NCBI GenBank assembly: GCA_033762915.1
Contig: JANRLD010000098.1
Coordinates: 1 to 64,000, forward strand
Length of the DNA stretch: 64,000 nucleotides
Reading direction: 5' to 3'
From: Meiothermus sp.
GTDB lineage: Bacteria > Deinococcota > Deinococci > Deinococcales > Thermaceae
Positions 54,675 through 64,000 of this stretch are shown here, piece by piece; positions within the stretch are counted from its first letter, which is position 1, and each line of letters begins with the position of its first letter. The position numbers and the translations under genes were made by a program. Below the pieces are notes generated by a model. That model made no database searches and was not told the DNA's origin. It saw nothing but the letters and a program-made list of their open reading frames with translations.

Positions 54675-55726
54675 AAACGGCAGCCGAGTTTCAAATCCGT
54701 TCGGTGGACATAAAAAATGCCAGCCAGTCGGACTACACAGCCTTCAACGAGTTTGCCAACCGGATGCGGGCCGAGCGTCTACCCAACGACCCTCCCCGCT
54801 CCCTCGAGGAGACCATCCAGCAGGCCCAGAACATCCCCCCGGTAGTGGAGCTGCGGGTCTGGGTGGTGGACCATCCCCAGGGTCAGGGCATTGTCGCCAG
54901 CGGTGATGTGCAGCTCTTTCGCCTCGAGCAGAACCGGCATGTCGCGCCGGTCAGCCTCGAGGTGCTGCCCGAGTTTCGCCAGCGGGGACTGGCGACCCGT
55001 CTGTTGCGCGAAATCCTCGAGGTTGTCGAGCTCGAGAGCCGTACCCTCATGCTTGCCTCGAGCAGCGACCGCGTCCCTGTCGGCGAGGCCTTCATGCTTG
55101 GGCTAGGCGCAGAGAAGGCCCTCGAGACCCACACCAACCAGCTCGAGCTCGAAGGGCTCGACCGCTCAATGGTCGCCCAGTGGATCGCCAGGTCGCAAGA
55201 ACGGGCAGTGGACTTTGAACTGCAGTTCTGGGACGGGCCGTATCCCGAAGACCAACTCGAGGCCATTGCGACCTTAATGGACGTGATGAACACCGCGCCC
55301 AGGGGAAGCATGCAGGTCGAGGACTTCAAGATGACCCCTCAGTTGTTGCGGCAGATCGAGCAGATGACCTTCGCTACCGGCAGCCAGCGCTGGACCCTGG
55401 CGGCTCGAGAGAAGGCCAGCGGGCGATTCGCGGGCTTTACCGAGATGACCTGGAACCCCAAACGGGGGCAAATCTTGTACCAGGGCGGCACCGGCGTCTT
55501 CCCCGAGTTCCGCAACTTCGGGCTGGGGCGCTGGCTAAAGGCGGCCATGCTGGACAAGGTGACCCGCGAACTCCCCGAGGCCCGCTTTGTCCGCACCGGC
55601 AATGCCGACTCCAATGCCCCCATGCTCAAAATCAACTACGAGCTGGGCTTCAAGCCGTACATTGCCGAGGCCCAGTGGCAGATCGAGACCGCAAAGGTAA
55701 GGTCGTATCTCCAGGCGAGAGGGTAG
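54671..55726 (+). CDS. Tandem-GNAT acetyltransferase
   Basis: Two motif-A regions VLPEFRQRGLA and TGVFPEFRNFGLGRWLK; TGNADSNAPMLKINYELGF. Confidence 0.88.
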   Translation: MKTAAEFQIRSVDIKNASQSDYTAFNEFANRMRAERLPNDPPRSLEETIQQAQNIPPVVELRVWVVDHPQGQGIVASGDVQLFRLEQNRHVAPVSLEVLPEFRQRGLATRLLREILEVVELESRTLMLASSSDRVPVGEAFMLGLGAEKALETHTNQLELEGLDRSMVAQWIARSQERAVDFELQFWDGPYPEDQLEAIATLMDVMNTAPRGSMQVEDFKMTPQLLRQIEQMTFATGSQRWTLAAREKASGRFAGFTEMTWNPKRGQILYQGGTGVFPEFRNFGLGRWLKAAMLDKVTRELPEARFVRTGNADSNAPMLKINYELGFKPYIAEAQWQIETAKVRSYLQARG

Positions 55727-55916
55727 AACCCTACCAAAGCCCCCACCCGCCAACCAAAATGTCATTGTCTCGTTAGTCGTGAGACCCCAAACCTCGGATA
55801 GTGCTTTGCCGATGCTTCACCTCGAGAGTTCCTTTACGAGTGCGCCCATGGCCACCGAGTTATAGGTTGCGCCAAGGTAGAAGCAGAATCGACAGATACG
55901 GTAGACACGTGCCTGT

Positions 55917-55999
55917 GCGGAGCGGCTTGCGCCATAGCCGCAGAGCGGCTACCCAGGGCGGAGTGGCTTGCGCCATGGCCACGGAGCGGCTACCCGAGG
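55917..55999. repeat. Two tandem 41-bp repeats, each with a hairpin
   Basis: GCGGAGCGGCTTGCGCCATAGCCGCAGAGCGGCTACCC / GCGGAGTGGCTTGCGCCATGGCCACGGAGCGGCTACCC. Confidence 0.85.
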
Positions 56000-56121
56000 G
56001 GCAATTCCCTGCGGGAATAGGCCGGTGAGATTTCGAATTGCAACTATGGGAAACCATAGGTCACAAGCACCGAGGAGCCTTCGTCAGTTTCGAGCCGAAG
56101 GTGAAGACGCAACCACCCCGG

Positions 56122-56490
56122 CTAACGGTCGTCTTGAGGCACCACCACGACTTGACCATTCGGCAGCCAATACCGCAACACGTCCAACTCGACCTGTCCC
56201 CGGTCGTTGGTGTCCACCTCGCCCTCGAGGGTGACGGTCTGTCCTACCGGCAGGCTGAGCGGGGCGCGGCGGCTTGCTCCGACCTCGATCTGCCCGGTGG
56301 CGTCGCGCATCAGGAAGTCGTTGCGGTCGATCTGGCGCACCACCTGCCCGCGCACCACAACCCGCTGGTCGTAGACCGGGTTGGCACGAATCTGGGCGAT
56401 GGTGTGGGTGGCCCGTGGTGCAGTGTTCTGCGAGAGCCCGAAGGCGGCCAGGAGTGCGAGTGCCAGAATGGGCGCGATTACTCTTGTCAT
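56122..56490 (-). CDS. Periplasmic OB-fold (BOF, YgiW/YdeI-like) protein
   Basis: Signal peptide; DQRVVVRGQVVRQIDRNDFLMRDATGQIEV, VTLEGEVD. Confidence 0.8.
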   Translation of the reverse strand: MTRVIAPILALALLAAFGLSQNTAPRATHTIAQIRANPVYDQRVVVRGQVVRQIDRNDFLMRDATGQIEVGASRRAPLSLPVGQTVTLEGEVDTNDRGQVELDVLRYWLPNGQVVVVPQDDR

Positions 56491-56507
56491 TGCGTAACCT
56501 CGAGGGG

Positions 56508-56540
56508 ATGCTACCGCCGGGAAATTACCGGTAAATTAAC
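56508..56540 (-). promoter_or_regulatory. 11-bp direct-repeat box plus -10 element (BOF promoter)
   Basis: GTTAATTTACC-GGTAATTTCCC-N5-TAGCAT. Confidence 0.55.
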
Positions 56541-56547
56541 GTCAGAC

Positions 56548-56796
56548 ATGAGCACCTTCGTGGCCGCCTGGATCATGCTGATTCTGTTCTCGCTGTTTAA
56601 CAACTTTGTCGTCTGGCGGATGCTCTCCCTACGTGGACGTACCGACATGATGTGGATCTTCGTTGTGGCTACCGCCGTACCGGTTGGGGCCTTTGCCCTT
56701 TTCCCCAGCACCGGCACCCTCCTGGCCTTTCCGATAGTCCAGACCATCGCCATGTTCTTGCTGCTAAAGCGACTACAAAACTCGCAAAAACGCTAG
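56548..56796 (+). CDS. Small membrane protein (82 aa)
   Basis: MSTFVAAWIML...; three hydrophobic segments; fills the gap between neighbours. Confidence 0.65.
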   Translation: MSTFVAAWIMLILFSLFNNFVVWRMLSLRGRTDMMWIFVVATAVPVGAFALFPSTGTLLAFPIVQTIAMFLLLKRLQNSQKR

Positions 56797-56877
56797 CGGG
56801 CTATACCGAGTACACCCACCGGACCCACCGCCATAGTCGGTGCGGCTGGCACTGCACTAGGGCTCGAGCCCAGCGTG

Positions 56878-57357
56878 TCAGCGGGGCTGGGCCAGCACCA
56901 CCGCCCAGGCGTTGCCCACTCGAGACAGCCCCGAGCCGAACTCGGTGTAATAGGGGCTCATGATGGCGCGGCAGTGGACCGGAGAGTTGAGCCACCAACG
57001 CACCGCCCGGGCGGGACTGCTGGTACCGCCTTTGAAGATGATCTCGGACATCCGAAGGTAGCGGTAGCCGGTTCGGGCCACCCGCAGGCGCGGCCCCACA
57101 CCTTGGAAGTAATGCGACATGAAGCCCCTGGTGCCCATATTGACCGCGTGGCTTTTGGCGGCCACCGCAAGTGTCGGGTCGTAGCGCAGCGGCGGGCGCA
57201 CTACGCCGCCGCCCCCTCCACGGCAGTACACACCCCGTGCGCGGGCGCTGTTGATGAGCGACAGGACTTGCGACTCGAGCTGGGCTGTGGTTTGAGCCAA
57301 AGCCAGGCTAGAAAGCGAGCAAGCCACCGCAATGAGCAAAGACAGAACAGGTTTCAT
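56878..57357 (-). CDS. CAP (SCP-like) domain secreted protein
   Basis: LINSARA, LAVAAKSHAVNM...FMSH, SEII, WLNSPVHC. Confidence 0.88.
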   Translation of the reverse strand: MKPVLSLLIAVACSLSSLALAQTTAQLESQVLSLINSARARGVYCRGGGGGVVRPPLRYDPTLAVAAKSHAVNMGTRGFMSHYFQGVGPRLRVARTGYRYLRMSEIIFKGGTSSPARAVRWWLNSPVHCRAIMSPYYTEFGSGLSRVGNAWAVVLAQPR

Positions 57358-57547
57358 AGGTGAGGCTTCAAAATTAGCACCTCATCCAAGATTTGTCAGC
57401 CAGGATGAGAGAATCAACCTTAATGTAACCGCTCGCCCTTCGCCCTCCGGCTCAACGTACATGCCCCGGAGGTCCGCTACGACTTGAAGTCCGCCGGCCT
57501 CTAGCAGGATGCACTGGGCCTGAAGGGCCGGCAGGAGTCCGACGAAC

Positions 57548-57997
57548 TCAAACCAAGGTAAAACTCAGCAGCGCGAAAATCACCCCTAGAGTGGCTCCGA
57601 CCGCTACCTCGAGGTAGGTGTGGCCCAGCAGTTCCTTCAGGGGCTCGGGCTGTGGCCCTTGCTGGATGACTGTGCGAAACTCCTCTACCAGGTCGTTGAG
57701 GCGCTCGGCGTGCAGCCCGGCGGCGCGGCGAATGCCGGTGGCGTCATACATCACGATGATCGCCAGCACGATGCAGATCGCGAAGAGAGCACTGCCCATA
57801 CCCTCGGTCAGACCCACGCCGGTGGCCAACGCGGCCACGGTGGCCGAGTGGGAGGAGGGCATACCGCCGGTCTCGGCGAGGCGCTCGAGTTCCCAGCGAC
57901 GCTCGACGTAGTAGTAGATGAATAGCTTGATGATCTGGGCAAACACGCTCGCCAGGATCGCCGTCCACAGGACTTGGTTGCTCAGCAGTTCACCCAT
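57548..57997 (-). CDS. Divergent PAP2 family (DUF212) protein
   Basis: TGGMPSSHSA, VMYDATGIRRAAG, LKELLGHT. Confidence 0.92.
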   Translation of the reverse strand: MGELLSNQVLWTAILASVFAQIIKLFIYYYVERRWELERLAETGGMPSSHSATVAALATGVGLTEGMGSALFAICIVLAIIVMYDATGIRRAAGLHAERLNDLVEEFRTVIQQGPQPEPLKELLGHTYLEVAVGATLGVIFALLSFTLV

Positions 57998-58100
57998 AGA
58001 TGAGACTCGAGGCTATTCTACAGGCACAAGGGCCACCGGCGAGGAGAGAGGGAGATTGAAAAATCCTGCGCGTGGCTCTGTCCTCGCCGTTCCCTTGGGC

Positions 58101-58883
58101 TCAACCCGCAATCCGCGTGTGCAAATCCCCCACGCCCTCGATCGCCACCTCGACCCGATCGCCGCGCCGGAGTTCGCCGACGCCTTCGGGAGTTCCGGTC
58201 AACACCACGTCACCGGGCTCTAAGGTCATGAACTGGCTGATATATGAAAGCACCTTGGCGACCGAGAAAATCATCAGGCTGGTGTGGGCCTCCTGGCGCA
58301 GTTCGCCGTTGACGTAGGTCCGGAGGGTGGTGTTCTGGGGCTCGAGGCTCGTAACCAGCCAGGGCCCCAGCGGGCAAAACTTGTCGGCGGACTTGGCCCG
58401 AACCCACTGGAGGTCGGTCTTCTGCTTGTCTCGAGCGGTCACATCGAGGGCGCAGGTGTATCCCATCACGTAGTCCAGCGCCTCTTCCTCGCGAACTTGG
58501 CGCATCCGCCGCTCGATCACCACCGCCAGTTCGCCCTCGAAGTGGAGCAGTTCGGTGAACTCGGGGTAGGGCACGGCGTCGCCCGAGGTGTCGGGCCGGG
58601 CCGGGTTGGCCGGATGGGCCAGGGTGTTCAGGCCCTTCAGAAAGAGCCCCGGCTCTTTGGGCAGGTTGGTCGCGTCGTTGCCCATCTCCTTGATGTGGTC
58701 GAGGTAGTTGCGCCCAACGCACACGATCTTGGTGGGCTCGGCAGGGGCCAGGAGGGTGATGCCCCCCAGGTCAAAGTGACGGCCCGTGGGGTTGCCCGCC
58801 GGGCCGTCAGTTTCGTGGATGGCCTCGCCCTCGAGCACCCCCCAATGGATCGCGTCTCCTGAGTCGAATCGGACAAGCTTCAT
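58101..58883 (-). CDS. Fumarylacetoacetate hydrolase family protein
   Basis: [38 protein letters not shown]. Confidence 0.93.
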   Translation of the reverse strand: MKLVRFDSGDAIHWGVLEGEAIHETDGPAGNPTGRHFDLGGITLLAPAEPTKIVCVGRNYLDHIKEMGNDATNLPKEPGLFLKGLNTLAHPANPARPDTSGDAVPYPEFTELLHFEGELAVVIERRMRQVREEEALDYVMGYTCALDVTARDKQKTDLQWVRAKSADKFCPLGPWLVTSLEPQNTTLRTYVNGELRQEAHTSLMIFSVAKVLSYISQFMTLEPGDVVLTGTPEGVGELRRGDRVEVAIEGVGDLHTRIAG

Positions 58884-59048
58884 AGCCATAGAAGTATATA
58901 GGGTATGGGCCGGGATGGGCAGGTAAATGGCCCGGGAGAGCGCATACTCCCCGGCGACAAGGCCGGCGACCCTCGCGGCCCTACTCCCTCCAGCCGCGCT
59001 TTTTATCGCATTTCGCCACTTCTGACCGCATTTCGCTACAATACCCCC

Positions 59049-59525
59049 ATGGCCAACCCACCCATTCCCGAGTCTTTCCGCCTGGATCACCTCCGGGTCA
59101 AGGCCCCCTATGTTCGCCTGGCGGGGGTCAAAGAGACCCCCAGGGGAGACCGCATCGAGAAGTACGACCTGCGCTTTGTGCAGCCCAACCAGGACGCCAT
59201 CGCGACCGGTGCACTGCACACCCTCGAGCACCTGCTGGCCACCTATATCCGCGGTCACCTCGACGGCGTCGTGGACATCTCCCCGATGGGCTGTCGCACC
59301 GGCTTTTACATGGTCACGCTGGGCGAGCCGGGGCCGCAAAAGGTGTTGGGTGCCTTCGAGGCCACCCTCAAGGACGTGGTGGCCCACGGCGAAGTAGTCC
59401 CCGGTGTCAGCGAACTCGAGTGCGGCAACTTCCGAGACCACGACGAGGCAGGGGCCAAGAACTGGGCCCAAAAGGTTCTGCAGCAAGGGCTGCACGTGCA
59501 GGAGACCATCGAGATAGGAGGGTGA
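59049..59525 (+). CDS. luxS: S-ribosylhomocysteine lyase
   Basis: [36 protein letters not shown] 6 nt after TACAAT. Confidence 0.97.
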   Translation: MANPPIPESFRLDHLRVKAPYVRLAGVKETPRGDRIEKYDLRFVQPNQDAIATGALHTLEHLLATYIRGHLDGVVDISPMGCRTGFYMVTLGEPGPQKVLGAFEATLKDVVAHGEVVPGVSELECGNFRDHDEAGAKNWAQKVLQQGLHVQETIEIGG

Positions 59526-59707
59526 GCGCGGGCGATAAGCCCCTAACTTGGCTCAATGCGCCCGGCCAACCGCCGCACATCTCCGGCATTGGCTTATCCG
59601 CATTGCCAGACTGCGGCCGTCGCACGGGTGCCCGAGCAGGCCAACAGCCTGCCGCCGCCCCGTTACGCCGCTTGCCCCGGATGGGGGTTACCTATAGGCT
59701 TTAGCAA

Positions 59708-60385
59708 ATGGTCGCCCTATTTGCCGCCGAAGGAGCCGAGGCGCAGGCCTTGCGCCGACACCTCGAACTCCTCGAGGTGATGGACGGGCCGTTCCCCATC
59801 CATCGCGGCCAGGTGGGGCGCTACGAGCTGTTGTTGCTCGAGGCGGGCGTGGGCAAGGCCGCTGCCGCCGCCTCGGTGGCCTACGTTAAAGCGCGATTCA
59901 ACCCCACCCAGGCCTACTGGGTTGGGGTCGCGGGGGCCTTGAACCCCGAGCTGCGTCCCTTGGACTTGCTGGTGGGGCAGGACGCGGTGCAGTACGACGT
60001 GGACATCACCGCCTTTGGGCGCCAGCCGGGCGAGCTGGCCACCGGCGAGCGCTTCGTCCCCGCCGACGCCGCGCTCACCTCTAAGGTCATGCGCAGCGCA
60101 CAGAATCTCGGGGTTCCGCTCTTCTTGGGCCGGGTGGCCAGTGCCGACCGATTCCTGGCCGACCCACTGGTGGCCGCCCAGGTCCGCGCGGTGTTCTCAG
60201 CAGACGCTGTGGAGATGGAAGGGGCTGCCGCGCTCTGGACGGCGCGTCGAATGGGCATGCCGATGGCCCTGATCCGCGCCATCACCGACAGTGCAGGCCA
60301 GGGGGCCGAACTGTCGTTTGAGGAGTTCCTCGAGACCGCTTCTGTGCGTCTGGCCAGTCTGATAAAGCGGATTTTGGAGACTTAG
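59708..60385 (+). CDS. mtnN: 5'-methylthioadenosine/S-adenosylhomocysteine nucleosidase
   Basis: GVGKAAAA, GVAGAL, QYDVD, SADRF, VEMEGAA, RAITD; follows luxS. Confidence 0.9.
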   Translation: MVALFAAEGAEAQALRRHLELLEVMDGPFPIHRGQVGRYELLLLEAGVGKAAAAASVAYVKARFNPTQAYWVGVAGALNPELRPLDLLVGQDAVQYDVDITAFGRQPGELATGERFVPADAALTSKVMRSAQNLGVPLFLGRVASADRFLADPLVAAQVRAVFSADAVEMEGAAALWTARRMGMPMALIRAITDSAGQGAELSFEEFLETASVRLASLIKRILET

Positions 60386-60548
60386 AGCGGTTCCCACGCA
60401 TACTCCCTACGGCGCTAAAGCGGGCGTTTTTCGCTGTAGAGCGGTTCCCACGAACACTCGATACGGCGGTTTTTGGTCGTACCGAGTGCACGACTCCGCT
60501 TTAATACACGCTTTAGCGCACCGTGGGCGGAGTAGTGGTGGGAAACGC
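60383..60548 (+). repeat. Dispersed palindromic element, copy D nested within a second partial copy
   Basis: TAGAGCGGTTCCCAC occurs at 60383 and 60437; outer arms TACTCC/GGAGTA and CGCTAAAGCG/CGCTTTAGCG; ends GTGGGAAACGC. Confidence 0.82.
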
Positions 60549-60832
60549 AATTGGCTGGTAGATCTCGAGTTACTCACATATTCAATTACCAGGTGCCCGC
60601 AGTTGAGTGGAAAAAAGACCAGGATAGACGTCCCAACCCTAAGTTCCCCTCGACGCTGCTGGTTGCCCATTTGGCCACTCTTCCGGCGAATGGTTGGTGT
60701 ATTTGATGGGTCGCTTAGGCCAATAAGCCGCACCGGGGCAATGTCGACCCACCAATAAACGAAACGTCGTGTTGACCTACCCCCACATTTTGGGTATCTC
60801 GAGCCTTGGCTATAAACTAGGCTGTCTCTGAT

Positions 60833-62407
60833 ATGAACCGTGTGATTCTCCTGCCTTGCGACACCCGCCCGCCGACCCTGGACCTGCCACACCAGCTGGC
60901 AAAGGTGGCGGGCCTCGAGATGACCTCGCCACCGCTGGACATCCTTAACAAACTCAACAAGCCGGGCAACGTTTCCGCGATCGCGGATTGGTTTCGGCGC
61001 GAGGCCGCCTACGCCGACGCGGCCATCGTGACCCTCGAGACCCTAACCCTGGGCGGAATGATTCCGGCCCGGCGGATCACCGATGGCCTCGACAAGGCGC
61101 TGGGGCGGCTCGAGGTAATTCGCGAGGTCAAGGCCCAGAATCCCGACCTCCGCATCTTGGCCCACGGAGTGATCGTGCGGGTGGGGCACGACAACGACCC
61201 CCTGGAAGAGAAGCCCTACTTTGGCATCTGGGGCAATCACCTGCGCCGGGTCTCGGAGCTGATGGACAAGGTGGAGCGCGGTCTGGCCACCGAGAACGAG
61301 CTAGACCGTAACTCGGTGATCATTCCTCGCGATGTGCTGACCGACTGGCTTGACACGCGCCGCCGCAACCACGCCATACACGCCGCCGCAGTGGAGATGC
61401 TGGCCGACGGCACCCTCGATCACCTTTGCCTGACGCTCGATGACACCACCCCCTACGGCCTGGCTGCCCTCGACCGCAGGCGGCTCGAGGCCAAACTCGA
61501 CGACCAGGGTCTGTGGACCGAGGCCGACATCTACCCCGGTGCCGACGAAGTGGCCGCGACCCTGCTGGCCAGAGCTTTGGTCAACAGCATCGGGCGCAAG
61601 CCGAAGGTATTTGTGCGGTATCCCTCGAGTGGCGCAGAGCAAGCGCTGATGCTCTACGAGGATCGTCCGTTGGGCGAACTGGTCAAGGCCCACCTGCGGG
61701 CCGCTGGCGCGGTTCCGGCCTACACCCCCGAGGAGGCCGACCTTATCCTTGCGGTTAACGCGCCGGCCGTGCGCCAGGCCCACCGCCAGCCCGACCTCGA
61801 GCAAGTCGAGAGCTCCGGGCGCAACCTGCCGGAGTTTCTTGACCGGCTGGTGGGCGACGTGGCGGCGGCTCGGCTGGTGGCGGTGGCCGACGTGGCCTAC
61901 GCCAATGGTGCCGACCACCGCTTCATCAAGCTGCTTTTGGCGGGCCTCAACCCCACCACCTTTGCGGGCTACGCGGCCTGGAACACGGCAGGCAACACCA
62001 TCGGCAGCGCCATCGCCTCGGGCATCTGTGCCCTCTACAACCGCGACCCCGTCGCGCTGGCCGAGGCCAATTACGCCCGCCTGCTCGATGACTGGCTCTA
62101 CCAGAGCGTGGTGCGGTCCCAGGTGCAAAGCAAACTGAGCGCCGACCTCGGGCAGCCGGTAAGCCCCTACGATATCGGCGACCTCCAGTGGGGGGCCGAG
62201 CTCGAGATTAACCGCCGTATCGAGCCGCTGGCCCGCGACCTTTTCGAGCGCCACTTCGCCCCCAATCTTCCGGGAGTCGAACTCGAGTGGAACCGGCCCC
62301 GTCTGGCCTGGCCCCGCCTGTTCACCGGAGTCTTCCCGTGCCGCTTTATCTCACCAGCGCTCATCACCATGCCCTTCGGGGAGGAGTCAGCGATAGGGGA
62401 CGAATAA
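60833..62407 (+). CDS. DUF4127 family protein
   Basis: LLPCDTRPP, LGGMIPAR, LDDT, YPGADE, ADVAYANG, YAAWNTAGNTIG, LDDWLYQ. Confidence 0.8.
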   Translation: MNRVILLPCDTRPPTLDLPHQLAKVAGLEMTSPPLDILNKLNKPGNVSAIADWFRREAAYADAAIVTLETLTLGGMIPARRITDGLDKALGRLEVIREVKAQNPDLRILAHGVIVRVGHDNDPLEEKPYFGIWGNHLRRVSELMDKVERGLATENELDRNSVIIPRDVLTDWLDTRRRNHAIHAAAVEMLADGTLDHLCLTLDDTTPYGLAALDRRRLEAKLDDQGLWTEADIYPGADEVAATLLARALVNSIGRKPKVFVRYPSSGAEQALMLYEDRPLGELVKAHLRAAGAVPAYTPEEADLILAVNAPAVRQAHRQPDLEQVESSGRNLPEFLDRLVGDVAAARLVAVADVAYANGADHRFIKLLLAGLNPTTFAGYAAWNTAGNTIGSAIASGICALYNRDPVALAEANYARLLDDWLYQSVVRSQVQSKLSADLGQPVSPYDIGDLQWGAELEINRRIEPLARDLFERHFAPNLPGVELEWNRPRLAWPRLFTGVFPCRFISPALITMPFGEESAIGDE

Positions 62408-62483
62408 CCAAAAGCGGGCGGTTGACGTTAGGCCCGGAGCCAACTGCGTACTGATGAGACCCAACAAGGAGACCCGGCAAACC

Positions 62484-63305
62484 ATGATCGTAGCGCTAGA
62501 CATCGGAGGAACCAAGCTGGCGGCGGCTTTGGTGCAGGGTAGAGAGGTGTTGGAGCACCGCCAGACTCCGGCCGGCAGCGACAGGAGACCCGAGGCGATC
62601 GTGGACGCGCTTTGGGGTCTGGCGGAGCCTTGGGTGGCTCGAGCCAAGGCAGTGGCGGTGGCCTGTGCCGGAACAGTCCGCTCAGGCCGGGTGACCGCGC
62701 CAAACCAAGACACCTACCCCTGGATAGAGGCCGACATTCAGGGGATGTTTCGACAGAAGTTCGGCCAGAGTTGGGTGCTCAACGATGCCGACGCCGCGGC
62801 CTGGGGTGAGGCGCGTTTTGGGGCCGGGCGGGGGATGTCCAACTTCATGTTCGTGACCATATCGACGGGCGTGGGGAGCGGGCTGATCTTGAATGGCGGG
62901 CTGATTGAAGGATCGGAGATTGGCTTCACCAAGACCGACGGAGTGTTTTTAGAACTGCTGTCCTCGGGCAAGATGCTCGACGCCTGGGCCGTTGCTCGGG
63001 GTTGGGGCGGTGCGGCTGAGGTGGTGGCGAAGTCGCAAACCGATCCCGAAGCCGCCGCTGCCCTCGACCAGAGTGCCCGCCGCGTGGCCGAGAAGCTCTA
63101 CGACGCCCACGCCCTGCTCAACCTCGAGTGTGTGGCCGTCGGGGGTGGACTGGGCCTTGCGGAGGGGTACATCGCCCGCGTTCAGGGCTTCCTGGGTGAC
63201 CACCTCAGGGTTGAACCTGCCCAACTCGGCGCTGAAGCTCCGCTGGTGGGCGTGGCGGACTGGGTGGAGACCAGGCTCGAGCTCGAGTTGAACGGGTCGA
63301 TTTAG
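62484..63305 (+). CDS. ROK family sugar kinase
   Basis: ALDIGGTK, NDADAAAWGEARFG, ISTGVGSG, VGGGLG. Confidence 0.88.
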   Translation: MIVALDIGGTKLAAALVQGREVLEHRQTPAGSDRRPEAIVDALWGLAEPWVARAKAVAVACAGTVRSGRVTAPNQDTYPWIEADIQGMFRQKFGQSWVLNDADAAAWGEARFGAGRGMSNFMFVTISTGVGSGLILNGGLIEGSEIGFTKTDGVFLELLSSGKMLDAWAVARGWGGAAEVVAKSQTDPEAAAALDQSARRVAEKLYDAHALLNLECVAVGGGLGLAEGYIARVQGFLGDHLRVEPAQLGAEAPLVGVADWVETRLELELNGSI

Positions 63306-63315
63306 GGATAGAGCC

Positions 63316-64000
63316 ATGCGTCCACACCCGAAACCCACCCTCTCGCCCGAGCACCAGCAGCAGCACGACCGGCTCAAGGTCCGGCTCGGAGAGCTCTCGA
63401 GCTGGCGCGACCTCTTCTCGGCCCCCCTGAGCGCCGCCTTCATGCAGGGCAAGGAGTGGCTCGAGCTGGCTCCAGGACAGCCCTGGCCCCACCGTGAGTT
63501 TCCGGTTCAGATGATCCTGGAGGGCGAAGTCCCGGCGTCTTGGGCCGGGTGTCCGGTCTGGACGCGCCTGAATGTGGGGGGTGAGGCGCTGCTGAGCGTG
63601 GACGGCAGGGCTGTCGGGGGGCTTAACCCCTTCCACCGTGAGCATGCCCTGTTGGAACGGGCCAAGGGCGGCGAAGTGATCGCCCTCGAGGTCGAGGCGG
63701 TGCCCAGGGGGTTGTTCGGGCAGCCCAACCTCGGCCCCCGGCTCGAGGAGGCCGTGCTGATTGTCCCCGACCTTCAGGTGCGCGACCTGCTCATGGATCT
63801 GACCTGCGCCTGGGAGGCCGTGCCCCATGTTCATCCGGATGTGGCCCAGCTGTTGCTGGATTTGCTCAGTCGGACCGTGGCCCTGATCGAGCTGCCGCGC
63901 AGCCCGGCCCGTCCCTACCTCGAGCAGCTCGAGCGCTCGGAGTGGTCTGCTATGACTGCCACCCTGTGGGAAGAGTGGAAGTTTGCTGGCCAGGGCATTT
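63316..64000 (+). CDS. Probable GH38 alpha-mannosidase, N-terminal part (truncated by window edge)
   Basis: Open frame MRPHPKPT...GQPWP...VPASWAG...GGEALLSVDG..VGGLNPFHREH resembles the N-terminal domain of bacterial GH38; catalytic domain not in window. Confidence 0.65.
   Translation, partial: MRPHPKPTLSPEHQQQHDRLKVRLGELSSWRDLFSAPLSAAFMQGKEWLELAPGQPWPHREFPVQMILEGEVPASWAGCPVWTRLNVGGEALLSVDGRAVGGLNPFHREHALLERAKGGEVIALEVEAVPRGLFGQPNLGPRLEEAVLIVPDLQVRDLLMDLTCAWEAVPHVHPDVAQLLLDLLSRTVALIELPRSPARPYLEQLERSEWSAMTATLWEEWKFAGQGI

Noticed and set aside
55917..55999. Mini CRISPR array
   Set aside because: Only two contiguous units, no unique spacers and no cas genes.
58884..59495. Long N-terminal extensions in the ORF track (FAH protein, also livK, murJ, dusA, 56038 ORF)
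   Set aside because: They overlap real neighbouring genes or promoters; internal starts have an RBS or -10 support.
59526..59707. Possible SAH or SAM riboswitch between luxS and mtnN
   Set aside because: No recognisable consensus, and mtnN appears to have its own -10 element 7 nt before the ATG.

Overview
GC-rich chromosomal window from a Deinococcus-Thermus bacterium, most likely a Meiothermus-group member of the Thermaceae. This assignment is an inference from the LonA, DnaX and paa sequences, the Thermus-type PaaR/FadR operators and the -10-proximal leaderless starts. It holds about 58 CDSs: prs (partial), lon, fadD, murJ, dusA, an OmpR-type two-component system flanked by DUF5666-like envelope proteins, a triheme c-type cytochrome, a hybrid kinase/HD-GYP pair, a phenylacetate cluster (paaK, paaI, frameshifted paaH, Liv-type ABC transporter), ccmA/ccdA, dnaX, prolyl oligopeptidase, a WD40 protein, trkH, an HTH-MFS-GNAT unit, luxS-mtnN and a DUF4127-ROK-GH38 sugar locus. 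I found no rRNA, tRNA, CRISPR array, transposase or prophage. The main signals beyond the gene list are: (1) four dispersed copies of a ~90-110 bp palindromic element with a conserved three-way-junction fold, one nested in a second copy; (2) very strong over-representation of CTCGAG; (3) a shared direct-repeat box at identical spacing from the -10 element in two envelope-protein promoters 37 kb apart, suggesting a regulon of the local two-component system; (4) an A9 slippage site in dnaX; (5) HAIR, PaaR, FadR and autoregulatory operators; (6) a 54-aa lipoprotein missing from the ORF track. All calls come from reading the sequence; no searches were run.
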